A stretch of DNA of 64,000 bases, from positions 256,001-320,000 of the forward strand of contig OY970195.1 of assembly GCA_963708185.1 (NCBI GenBank), written 5' to 3'. Positions 1-8,380 of this stretch are shown one piece after another; position 1 is the first letter of the stretch, and every line of letters begins with the position of its first letter. Below the pieces are notes generated by a model. That model searched no databases and was not told where the DNA came from. It was given only the letters and a program-made list of their open reading frames with translations. The translations under genes were made by a program, and so were the position numbers. Source of the DNA: Candidatus Peregrinibacteria bacterium (GTDB taxonomy: Bacteria; Patescibacteriota; Gracilibacteria; UBA1369).

Positions 1-97
1 AGCGTTCGATCCAGTCGCAAAAAAGCATCTGGTATACACGGTTTATTGCTTCATTGTTATAGGGATCGACGTTGCTTTCGTGATTGGCGTTGGTCAT
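1..97 (-). CDS. Hypothetical protein, 5' end only (runs off window start)
   Basis: My translation of the minus strand from ATG at 97 is open to position 1: MTNANHESNVDPYNNEAINRVYQMLFCDWIER. An in-frame TAA lies just upstream of the ATG. Too short for the ORF track. Confidence 0.5.
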   Translation of the reverse strand, partial: MTNANHESNVDPYNNEAINRVYQMLFCDWIER

Positions 98-417
98 GGC
101 TTAACGTGAATCAATGCGTAGGATCATCGTACTGTTTTTTTGTTTTTGAGCCAATGGCTGGCGTGGCGATCGTTTTGCCAATTGACAATCTGTCTGATTG
201 CAGTAGGATGGCAATTCCGGAAGGAATGATGATCTTTGACATACAATACGAAATCCGCAGGGAGTTATCTGTCGGCTTAAATCATCCGTCTTCAAGGGAC
301 CGGAGAAATTTACCGGCAGATATTCTCTCTGCTTGCGTTGAACAATGCTGCCGATCCAACACTATTGACCGGGCAACCGGTTTCAGGCCTCAACAATTTA
401 TGAAAGGACCTCGAACA

Positions 418-834
418 ATGAATAAGAGTGAATGTACAGTTTTGTGGGAAGAGGCGCAGCGTTTCAATGGTGACCTTGCGAGGCACTACGAGACGCTGAA
501 CTCGGCGCTGCGGAAGGGGGGATTCGTCAATGTGACGATTCTCGAGCGTATGGGGAAGGCTCAGGCCACCCTCTATGCGGCCGTGGATATTCTCTATGAG
601 AACCACCAGAGCGATAAGAGGTTGACTGCCGAGCAGTGGACCGAGGCGGAGAAGGCGGTCATGGCCTTTTCCGATACTCTCCTGGATGTTTCGCAGGAGC
701 TTCCGCCCGATTCTTGTCATCTTGATCTTCTTCAGAACATGGGCAGGTGTCACGAACACATGGCTATGAGGCTGGAGAAGCTTCAAAATGCTCAGGATCG
801 TTCACAGAAAAACGGAGCAGCAACCCTCAACTGA
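418..834 (+). CDS. Hypothetical helical protein (~138 aa)
   Basis: 3' part of ORF 46..834. ATG at 418 is preceded by AAAGGA (403-408). Codon usage looks gene-like only from here, and a strong hairpin follows. Confidence 0.65.
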   Translation: MNKSECTVLWEEAQRFNGDLARHYETLNSALRKGGFVNVTILERMGKAQATLYAAVDILYENHQSDKRLTAEQWTEAEKAVMAFSDTLLDVSQELPPDSCHLDLLQNMGRCHEHMAMRLEKLQNAQDRSQKNGAATLN

Positions 835-851
835 ATCAATGCATGCAGAGC

Positions 852-881
852 GCGGGGCCGACGATACGTCGTCGGCCCCGC
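852..881 (+). terminator. GC-rich hairpin, probable terminator
   Basis: GCGGGGCCGACGA-TACG-TCGTCGGCCCCGC, perfect 13-bp stem. The U-tract is weak. Confidence 0.6.
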
Positions 882-916
882 TTCTCGCTATAAGGAAATT
901 CCCGGAGAGTTGATTT

Positions 917-943
917 TTAGCACTTGACCGTTCCGGGTGCTAA
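917..943 (+). promoter_or_regulatory. CIRCE (HrcA operator) 1, overlapping a putative -35 TTGACC
   Basis: TTAGCACTT-N9-GGGTGCTAA vs consensus TTAGCACTC-N9-GAGTGCTAA, upstream of groES. Confidence 0.9.
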
Positions 944-957
944 AATGTATCATGGTA

Positions 958-984
958 TTAGCAGTCTTTTTTGGAGAGTGCTAG
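958..984 (+). promoter_or_regulatory. CIRCE (HrcA operator) 2
   Basis: TTAGCAGTC-N9-GAGTGCTAG, one mismatch per arm, correct 9-nt spacer. Confidence 0.88.
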
Positions 985-1039
985 TTGAAAAACGGTTCAC
1001 ATATATGTCAAATTTTATTTTTTAATCAATATAAAACCT

Positions 1040-1348
1040 ATGTCAGACACAAAGTCTCATAAACTCCGCCCGTTGGAGGATCGTATCGTGGTAGAGCCGA
1101 TGAGTGAAATGGAAACCACCGCGTCGGGCATCATTATTCCGGACACCGTTTCCAAGGGAAAACCCAAGAAAGGGAAAGTAGTCGCCGTCGGGGAAGGGAA
1201 GTTTGATAACAATGGAAAACGTATTCCCATGGACGTTAAAGTCGGCGATGTTGTTCTTCTTGAAGACTGGGGAGCAACTGAGGTGAAGGTTGAGGGAAGG
1301 GAACTTTATGTTGTGGATGCTGGTCGTGTTTTGGCGATCCTTGAATAG
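1040..1348 (+). CDS. groES: Co-chaperonin GroES
   Basis: LRPLEDRIVV, TASGIIIPDT, GKVVAVGEG, VKVGDVV motifs; precedes groEL. Confidence 0.98.
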   Translation: MSDTKSHKLRPLEDRIVVEPMSEMETTASGIIIPDTVSKGKPKKGKVVAVGEGKFDNNGKRIPMDVKVGDVVLLEDWGATEVKVEGRELYVVDAGRVLAILE

Positions 1349-1430
1349 TGGCGCCGCTTTTTTGCAAGCCATTTCAATGCATGGTCGTATAAATTATTTA
1401 TACAATTAATTTCTAACTTTTACATCTATT

Positions 1431-3080
1431 ATGTCAAAACAAATTATCTTCGGTGACAACTCCCGACAGAAAATTATTTCCGGAGTGAATCAACTCGCCC
1501 AGGCGGTGCGGATCACTCTCGGTCCCAAGGGACGCAACGTGATTCTGGATAGAAAATATGGTGCTCCCATGATCACCAACGACGGCGTGACCATTGCCAA
1601 GGAGATTGATCTCAAAGATCCCTATGAAAATATGGGTGCCCAGCTGGTCAAAGAAGTGGCTACCAAGACCAATGACGTCGCGGGTGACGGAACGACGACC
1701 GCGACGGTACTTGCCGCGGCGATTATTGCGGAAGGTCTGCGTAACGTGACCGCCGGTGCCAATCCGGTCCAGCTGAAAAGGGGGATAGATATGGCTACGG
1801 CAAAGGTTTGCGAAGAACTCGACAACATGAAAGTCGAGATCGGTGATTCCAAGGAGAAGATCGCCCAGGTCGCGACGATTTCGGCCCAGGATCCTGAGGT
1901 CGGCAAATTGATCGCCGACGTGCTCGATGAGGTCGGTCATGACGGCGTCATCACGGTTGAAGAATCCCAGGCCATGGGTTTGAGCAAGGAGGTCGTGAAG
2001 GGGATGCAGTTCGACAACGGATATCTTTCCGCCTATATGGTTACCGATGCCGCCCGCATGGAGGCCGTATATGAAGACGTGAAGATTTTGATCACCGACA
2101 AGAAACTTTCTTCGATCCAGGAACTGCTGCCGCTCATCGAAAAAATGGCGCAGGCAGGATATAAAGAGCTCGTCATTATTGCCGAAGACGTCGAAGGTGA
2201 GGCTCTTGCCACTTTTGTGCTGAACAAACTGAAAGGTGTTTTCAACGTTCTTGCCATCAAGGCTCCGGCCTACGGCGACCGCCGCAAGGAGATGCTCCGG
2301 GACATTGCCGCGTTGACCGGTGGAACCGTGATCACGGAAGAGCTCGGTAGAAAAATGGAGAGCGTTGAACTGTCTGATCTTGGTGAAGCCCGCAAAGTGA
2401 TCGCGGATAAAGACAAGACGATCATCGTGGAAGGCAAGGGGGATAAGAAAGACGTGCAGGCTCGCGTTGACGAGATCAAGGTTCTTTTGGAAAAGAGCAG
2501 TTCTGATTTCGACAAAGAAAAACTGCTCGAACGTATGGCCAAGTTGTCCGGGGGGGTCGGCGTGATCAAAGTCGGTGCCGCCACTGAAACCGAGCTCAAG
2601 GAAAAGAAACTTCGCATCGAAGACGCTGTGTCCGCCACCAAAGCCGCCGTTGAGGAAGGCATCGTGCCGGGCGGCGGAGTTTCGCTGCTTCATGCTTCAA
2701 AGGTTCTTGAAAAACTCGAAGGTGATGCCGACGAAACAACCGGTATCCAGATTGTGAAACGAGCGCTTTCTTCTCCGCTTCAGCAGATTGCCGTTAATGC
2801 GGGCAAAGACGGAGCGGTGGTCGTTCATAAAGTCGAGGAATCCAAGCCTGGTATTGGCTACGATGCCGCCAAGGATGAATATGTCGATATGGTCAAAGCC
2901 GGGATCATTGATCCGAAGAAGGTGACGCGTTCCGCATTGCAGAATGCGGCTTCGATCGCGGGAATCTTCCTGACCACCGAGGCAGCCATTACCGATCTTC
3001 CCGAAGAAAAGCCTGAAACTCCGGTCATGCCGGGAGGCATGGGTGGCATGGGAGGCATGGGCGGAATGGGGATGATGTAA
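1431..3080 (+). CDS. groEL: Chaperonin GroEL
   Basis: [33 protein letters not shown] motifs and C-terminal GGM tail. Confidence 0.99.
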   Translation: MSKQIIFGDNSRQKIISGVNQLAQAVRITLGPKGRNVILDRKYGAPMITNDGVTIAKEIDLKDPYENMGAQLVKEVATKTNDVAGDGTTTATVLAAAIIAEGLRNVTAGANPVQLKRGIDMATAKVCEELDNMKVEIGDSKEKIAQVATISAQDPEVGKLIADVLDEVGHDGVITVEESQAMGLSKEVVKGMQFDNGYLSAYMVTDAARMEAVYEDVKILITDKKLSSIQELLPLIEKMAQAGYKELVIIAEDVEGEALATFVLNKLKGVFNVLAIKAPAYGDRRKEMLRDIAALTGGTVITEELGRKMESVELSDLGEARKVIADKDKTIIVEGKGDKKDVQARVDEIKVLLEKSSSDFDKEKLLERMAKLSGGVGVIKVGAATETELKEKKLRIEDAVSATKAAVEEGIVPGGGVSLLHASKVLEKLEGDADETTGIQIVKRALSSPLQQIAVNAGKDGAVVVHKVEESKPGIGYDAAKDEYVDMVKAGIIDPKKVTRSALQNAASIAGIFLTTEAAITDLPEEKPETPVMPGGMGGMGGMGGMGMM

Positions 3081-3098
3081 AGAGATTTGTGATATCCT

Positions 3099-3128
3099 AA
3101 AAGGAGATCTGAAAGGGTCTCCTTTTTT
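3099..3128 (+). terminator. Rho-independent terminator of groESL
   Basis: AAAAGGAGATCT-GAAA-GGGTCTCCTTTTTT. Confidence 0.85.
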
Positions 3129-3180
3129 ATTCCATTTTGCTTGCGGGAGTTTTGTGGTATATTTTCATGTAGCAAATTAC

Positions 3181-3699
3181 ATGAACATTTCTATGGCCAT
3201 TTCGCAGAAAAAATCTTCTTCATCCAGTAAATCCAAAAGGGGCAGCGGGTCGGTCCGCGACATTACCGTCAAGAAGATCAAGCGCGAAGACGAAGCCTTC
3301 CGTGTTCACCATATCCATAACGATTCTTCAGATATGCCTTCTGTTGAGCCACTCGTCAGCCCCGCGGCTATTAATAACGAAAAAAAGAGCGTCGAATCCG
3401 AAGTGGAGGAAGCGCTGGCAAGTATCGACAGCGCCCAGGAGAAAGAACAGAACATCGCGGATGTTGAACCGAGAGATTTTGTGAAGGTAAAGTTTGCGAA
3501 ATTCGTTCAGCTCGTCACGAGCCGCGACTGCAGCGACGTGGTCGATGCCAACATCGACGAGGACGTGGTGATGAGTTCGAACCTGCTGACGGAACTTGCC
3601 GGTGCGCATGACGAACGTGAAGAGAAAAAAATTCCCCTGGTTTTTCTGGTTGGCCTCGCCATCGGCGTGGTTCTTACGTACATTTTGATCATGAAATAA
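3181..3699 (+). CDS. Hypothetical tail-anchored membrane protein
   Basis: Basic Ser/Lys N-terminus, acidic middle, single C-terminal TM (IPLVFLVGLAIGVVLTYILIMK). Extended -10 TGGTATATT at 3155-3163. Stop is 1 nt before the pyrH ATG. Confidence 0.8.
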   Translation: MNISMAISQKKSSSSSKSKRGSGSVRDITVKKIKREDEAFRVHHIHNDSSDMPSVEPLVSPAAINNEKKSVESEVEEALASIDSAQEKEQNIADVEPRDFVKVKFAKFVQLVTSRDCSDVVDANIDEDVVMSSNLLTELAGAHDEREEKKIPLVFLVGLAIGVVLTYILIMK

Positions 3700-3700
3700 C

Positions 3701-4417
3701 ATGGCTAAGAAGCTGAAGTATAAACGCATCCTGTTGAAGCTGTCAGGGGAGGTTCTCCAAGGCGGCAGAGACGGCGGTATTGACTTTAAAGTTGTCCGGG
3801 AACTCTGTAAGGAGGTCGCGGAAGTGAAGAAGCTCGGCGTGGAGATCGCCATCGTCATCGGCGGCGGGAACATCTGGCGCTACCGCGATTCCAAAGATTC
3901 CGGGGTGGACCGCGTGACATCGGATTATATGGGTATGCTCGCCACGATCATGAATTCGATGGCTTTGCAGGATCAGTTCGAAAAGATAGGCATCGGAGCG
4001 CCGATCGGTTCTGCCATCAGCATGCCGATCGTTGTCGGTACCTATTTGAGACCCAAAGCTCTGGATTACCTTAAGAAAGGAAAAGTTTTGATTTGCGCCG
4101 GTGGAACCGGAAACCCTTATTTTACGACGGATACCGCGGGAGCTTTACGAGCCATGGAATTGAATTGCGACATCATGCTCAAAGCCACGAAGGTGGATTT
4201 TGTTTACGATAAAGATCCCATGAAATATAAGGACGCCAAAAAGTTTAAGCATCTCAGCTATCATGAGGTGTTAAGCCGTGAACTCGGCGTGATGGATCTG
4301 GCGGCCGTATCGTTGTGCATGGAGAAGAAACTTCCGATTATGGTCTTTAATCTCCATAAGAAAGGAAACATCGCCCGCGTGGTCAAAGGGGATCAGGTCG
4401 GTACACTTATCAGTTAA
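3701..4417 (+). CDS. pyrH: Uridylate kinase
   Basis: RILLKLSGE, IVIGGGNIWR, DYMGMLAT, GTGNPYFTTDT. Confidence 0.98.
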   Translation: MAKKLKYKRILLKLSGEVLQGGRDGGIDFKVVRELCKEVAEVKKLGVEIAIVIGGGNIWRYRDSKDSGVDRVTSDYMGMLATIMNSMALQDQFEKIGIGAPIGSAISMPIVVGTYLRPKALDYLKKGKVLICAGGTGNPYFTTDTAGALRAMELNCDIMLKATKVDFVYDKDPMKYKDAKKFKHLSYHEVLSRELGVMDLAAVSLCMEKKLPIMVFNLHKKGNIARVVKGDQVGTLIS

Positions 4418-4429
4418 TTTTTTACGTCT

Positions 4430-4987
4430 ATGGCCGCAGATATTATTGCCCAGGGTGAAGTTGAAATGAAAAAAGTCATCGAACATCTGAAGACAGAATA
4501 TTCCCATCTGCAGATCGGACGTGCCAGCGCTTCCCTCGTTGAAGGCGTCATGGTTGAAGCCTACGGAACGCATCAGTCTTTGAAAGGGTTGGCCCACATC
4601 TCCGTTCCCGACGCCAAAACCATCCAGATCCAACCTTGGGATAAAAGTACCCTTCAGCCGATCGAAAAGGCCATCATGATGGCGAATATCGGTCTGACTC
4701 CGAATAATGACGGTATCGTCATCCGCATCAATATTCCTCCTCTTACTGAAGAGCGCCGCAAGGATCTCACCAAGGTTGTCCACAAACTTGCCGAGGATGC
4801 CCGCATCAGCGTCCGTCATGCCCGTCAGGGGGTCATGGACAAGATCAAGGCACAGGAAAAGGCCAAGGAGCTCAGTGAAGATGCAGCCGGAGGCCTGGAA
4901 AAGAAACTTCAGGACAAAGTTGATTCCATGAATAAAGAGATTGAGACGTTGGCCAAAAACAAAGAGCATGATGTGATGACGGTCTAG
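4430..4987 (+). CDS. frr: Ribosome recycling factor
   Basis: IGRAS, IQPWD, GLTPNNDG, IPPLTEERRKDL; follows pyrH. Confidence 0.98.
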   Translation: MAADIIAQGEVEMKKVIEHLKTEYSHLQIGRASASLVEGVMVEAYGTHQSLKGLAHISVPDAKTIQIQPWDKSTLQPIEKAIMMANIGLTPNNDGIVIRINIPPLTEERRKDLTKVVHKLAEDARISVRHARQGVMDKIKAQEKAKELSEDAAGGLEKKLQDKVDSMNKEIETLAKNKEHDVMTV

Positions 4988-5015
4988 TCCGGCTCAACAC
5001 GGTATTTCCTCCAGT

Positions 5016-6635
5016 ATGAATTTTTTTCTTACAGCGGTCGCGTTTATCATCATTTTTTCCGTACTCGTGCTTATTCACGAGTTTGGTCATTATATTGTGG
5101 CCAAGAAAAGCGGTATTAAGGTCGAAGAGTTCGGATTCGGTTTGCCGCCGAGGATTTGGGGCGTTCGCAAAGGAGAAACGATCTATTCCATCAATGCAAT
5201 TCCTTTCGGCGGTTTCGTGAGACTTTTGGGTGAAGATGCCCGTGACGCGAAGGTTGCAAAAAATCCGAGAAGTTTCGTCAGCAAGCCGGCGCGAGTCCGT
5301 ATTCTGGTCATCGTTGCCGGGGTCATCATGAATTTTATTCTGGCATGGCTGTTGCTGACAATCGGGTTTATTTTCGGTATCCAACCTTTGATTTTAAGTC
5401 CGGATGACGTTTTGAATTCGATCCAGGACGGGACGATCCAGATTCAGCCCGGGATCATCGTTCAGGACGTTCAGGCCGGCGGTGTCGCGGAACAGGCGGG
5501 CATGCAGGCGGGAGACCAGATTGTTCAGGTCAACGGCAAGGATGTTTTTTCTCCCGATGATCTTCAGAGTACGATTACCAATACCAAGAACGCTGCGGTG
5601 GTGGTTGAGATCGACCGCGGCGGGACCCATGATTTTTTGCGGCTCCAGGCTGAAGATAAGGGAGGATTGGGGTTCACTCCGGATCAATTGATTTTTCTGC
5701 CGAGGCTGGTGGTTCAGAACGTGAACCCCGCGCTCAACTATGAAAGCGGGGACATCCAGCCGGGAGACGTGGTCTTGAATCTCAACAATCAAAATATTTA
5801 TAGTTATGATGATTACGTCGCGGCTTTGAGCCAATCGAAACAGGTGACGCTCATGTTGTGGCGTCAGGATAAGGTTGTTAACACGGTCGTTGATCTCCCG
5901 GTCAAACAGCGTGTGGTGATTTCTGACGTGTTTCCCGACAGCCCCGCGGAAAAAGCGAACTTTCAGTCCGGAGACATCGTCTTAAGCGTGAACGGTCAGG
6001 ATATCGTTCTTCCTGATGACGTCCTCGCCATCACCAAACAAAGCCAGGGTAAAGCGTTGACCTACGACGTGCTTCGCAACGGAGAACAGAAGGCCATTCA
6101 GGTCCAGCCCGATCAGAACGGTTTGATCGGCGTGGGACTTTCCTTACTTTATCCGAGTGAAAACCAGTTCATGACCTTGTATGACAAAGATGAACCGACG
6201 TCGGTGTTGAAGATCCAGGATGTTCATTATCCCGTATGGATCGCGCCGGTGAAGGCCGTGGAGGAATCGGTCCGGCTCTCGGGCCTCACCGTGCAGATGT
6301 TCGGGAATGTACTGCGTTCGTTTTTTACCAAGTTTACGATTCCCGAAGGCGTGGCCGGACCAGTCGGCATTGCCCAACTCACCTACACGTTCGTACAACA
6401 GGGCATCTTGTCGGTGTTGCGTTTCATGGCGCTGCTTTCGTTGAGTCTGGCCATCATTAACGTGCTTCCTTTTCCCGCTTTGGATGGAGGAAGACTGTTC
6501 TTTATTTTGGTGGAACTCGCGATCGGCAGAAGGGTCAACGGTAAATGGGAAGCGGTCATTCACACCATCGGATTTTTCCTGTTGATGGCCCTGATTGTGG
6601 CCGTGACCTATAGCGATATTCTGAAATTATTTTAA
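5016..6635 (+). CDS. rseP: RIP metalloprotease RseP (M50) with three PDZ-like domains
   Basis: HEFGH zinc motif, FGFGLPP, IPFGGFV, AGVIMNF, NVLPFPALDGG; three GD-x-I/V-xx-V/L-N PDZ-like units. Confidence 0.95.
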   Translation: MNFFLTAVAFIIIFSVLVLIHEFGHYIVAKKSGIKVEEFGFGLPPRIWGVRKGETIYSINAIPFGGFVRLLGEDARDAKVAKNPRSFVSKPARVRILVIVAGVIMNFILAWLLLTIGFIFGIQPLILSPDDVLNSIQDGTIQIQPGIIVQDVQAGGVAEQAGMQAGDQIVQVNGKDVFSPDDLQSTITNTKNAAVVVEIDRGGTHDFLRLQAEDKGGLGFTPDQLIFLPRLVVQNVNPALNYESGDIQPGDVVLNLNNQNIYSYDDYVAALSQSKQVTLMLWRQDKVVNTVVDLPVKQRVVISDVFPDSPAEKANFQSGDIVLSVNGQDIVLPDDVLAITKQSQGKALTYDVLRNGEQKAIQVQPDQNGLIGVGLSLLYPSENQFMTLYDKDEPTSVLKIQDVHYPVWIAPVKAVEESVRLSGLTVQMFGNVLRSFFTKFTIPEGVAGPVGIAQLTYTFVQQGILSVLRFMALLSLSLAIINVLPFPALDGGRLFFILVELAIGRRVNGKWEAVIHTIGFFLLMALIVAVTYSDILKLF

Positions 6636-6886
6636 AGGAAAAATAAATTTTCTTGCGCTCCAAACTTTTTTAGTTTGGGGTCGTTATTGATGGAATTTTA
6701 TAAATATTTTTTAGTAAAGGTTTTTCCCAAGATCTAGTATGTTCGTGGTGTCAAGGTCGCTAGGTGTTGTGTAGTGAAGGTTTGATTTTTTTGACTTGTG
6801 GAAGCCAAAAAAAGTCTTTAGTATTCAGCGTGTTTTCACGGTCATTTTTTAATGACTTTTTAAAACTTTTTCATTTGCTCGGAACG

Positions 6887-8308
6887 ATGGATAAGAAACT
6901 CTTCTGGGAAAAAGTGCTTATGACATTGGCCCCAAAAGCCGGGAAAGCGCATCTCCTCACATTTTTCAAGGATACGATCGTTGCCGGTTACGTTGACGGT
7001 GTCCTCACGATCGGAGTTTCGGGAATCGTTTCCAGAGACAACATCCGCCATCGTTACCATACGAAACTTCTGGAAATCACCAAGTCGTTCGATGCCAACG
7101 TCACCCATATCGAATATGAAGTCATTTCCACGCTTTTGAGCGAAGATCATCCTGACAAGGTTGATCTGAAGAACATTCTGAGCGACGAAACCCCGAAGAT
7201 CCGCAAAGTGCCCAATAAGCAGGAGGTGTTTGTCGACGGCATGCGCAGCAAAATGATGAAGTACACGCTGGACAGCTATATCCCCGGCGCGGACAACCGT
7301 CTCGTCCATGCGGCATGTCTTGCCGTCGCCGCCAAACCCGGCAGCATTTACAATCCACTCTATATTTACGGCGGCGTTGGACTCGGGAAAACGCACCTTT
7401 TACAGGCGACCGGTAACCAGATCCATAAAAACTATCCCAACCTCCGCGTCGTTTACATGACTTCGGAAACTTTCACCAACGAGATCATTGAAGCCATTGG
7501 CAAGCGCCACACCAAACCTTTTAAAGACAAGTATCGAAACGTGGATTGTCTCATCGTTGACGATATCCAGTTTTTTGCCAACAAAGCCACTTCTGAACAG
7601 GAGTTTTTCCATACCTTCAATGAACTTTACGATGCTGGAAAGCAGATCATCATGAGCGCGGACCGTCCTCCTCGCGAACTTGGAGGTCTCGACGACCGTC
7701 TGCGCAGTCGTTTTGCGATGGGCATGGTCATTGAAGTCTGCGTGCCGGAGTTTGAAACGCGTTTTGCCATTCTTCAAAGCAAATGCCAGGAGTACGGCGA
7801 ACTTATCGATCCGGAAATCTTGACGTTGATCGCCAACAACGTCACGAGCAGCGTCCGTGAAATGATCGGCGTGCTGGTCAACGTCATCGCCCAATCGCAA
7901 CTCGAGAATGCGACACCCACCGTGAATTCGGTAACGCATATTCTTCAAAAACTTAACAAGGCCCAGCAAATCATCGGCAAGGCCATGGACCCCCAGGCCG
8001 GGCAGCAGGAACGTCATGTCGTCAGAACACTCGATGACGTCATCGACACCGTCGCGCACTATTACAAGATCGACCGTCAGGTTCTTACCGGTCTGGAACG
8101 CCGCCGCGAAGTCATTATTCCGCGACAGATTTGCATGTATCTCATCCGCGAACTGCTCAACCAGTCTTACGAAACCATCGGCGAAAATTTCGGCGGAAAG
8201 AATCACACAACCGTACTTCATTCCTGCAACAAGATCATGGCCCAGATCAAGGAAGATCAACGGCTCATGCGTGACGTGAACGCCCTGAAGAGAGAGATGG
8301 GCTTTTAG
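6887..8308 (+). CDS. dnaA: Chromosomal replication initiator DnaA
   Basis: YNPLYIYGGVGLGKTHLL, LIVDDIQF, EFFHTFN, RLRSRF, domain IV PRQICMYL...FGGKNHTTV. ATG 6887 (MDKKLFWEKVL) chosen as start. Confidence 0.96.
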   Translation: MDKKLFWEKVLMTLAPKAGKAHLLTFFKDTIVAGYVDGVLTIGVSGIVSRDNIRHRYHTKLLEITKSFDANVTHIEYEVISTLLSEDHPDKVDLKNILSDETPKIRKVPNKQEVFVDGMRSKMMKYTLDSYIPGADNRLVHAACLAVAAKPGSIYNPLYIYGGVGLGKTHLLQATGNQIHKNYPNLRVVYMTSETFTNEIIEAIGKRHTKPFKDKYRNVDCLIVDDIQFFANKATSEQEFFHTFNELYDAGKQIIMSADRPPRELGGLDDRLRSRFAMGMVIEVCVPEFETRFAILQSKCQEYGELIDPEILTLIANNVTSSVREMIGVLVNVIAQSQLENATPTVNSVTHILQKLNKAQQIIGKAMDPQAGQQERHVVRTLDDVIDTVAHYYKIDRQVLTGLERRREVIIPRQICMYLIRELLNQSYETIGENFGGKNHTTVLHSCNKIMAQIKEDQRLMRDVNALKREMGF

Positions 8309-8380
8309 TCCGCTTTTTTCTTTACATGGGGGCCATTCTTGTTATACTTTGGTCGGTTTTATTTTTAGCAGATTTTTGCT

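Noticed and set aside
46-417. N-terminal extension of ORF 46..834
   Set aside because: Starts at TTG, has a Cys/Trp/Arg-rich non-protein-like composition, and overlaps a minus-strand gene start and a promoter-like site. ATG 418 with an SD is the better start.
1434-2693. Long antisense ORFs (1434..2693; also 21204..22871, 27829..28860, 33719..35089, 37043..38035, 58828..59730)
   Set aside because: Shadows of well-supported genes on the opposite strand, expected from codon bias; no motifs.
3025-3077. GGCATG-like tandem repeat
   Set aside because: Ordinary GroEL GGM tail.
6636-6886. oriC call upstream of dnaA
   Set aside because: AT-rich, but no convincing DnaA-box cluster or DnaA-trio run is visible, so not annotated.
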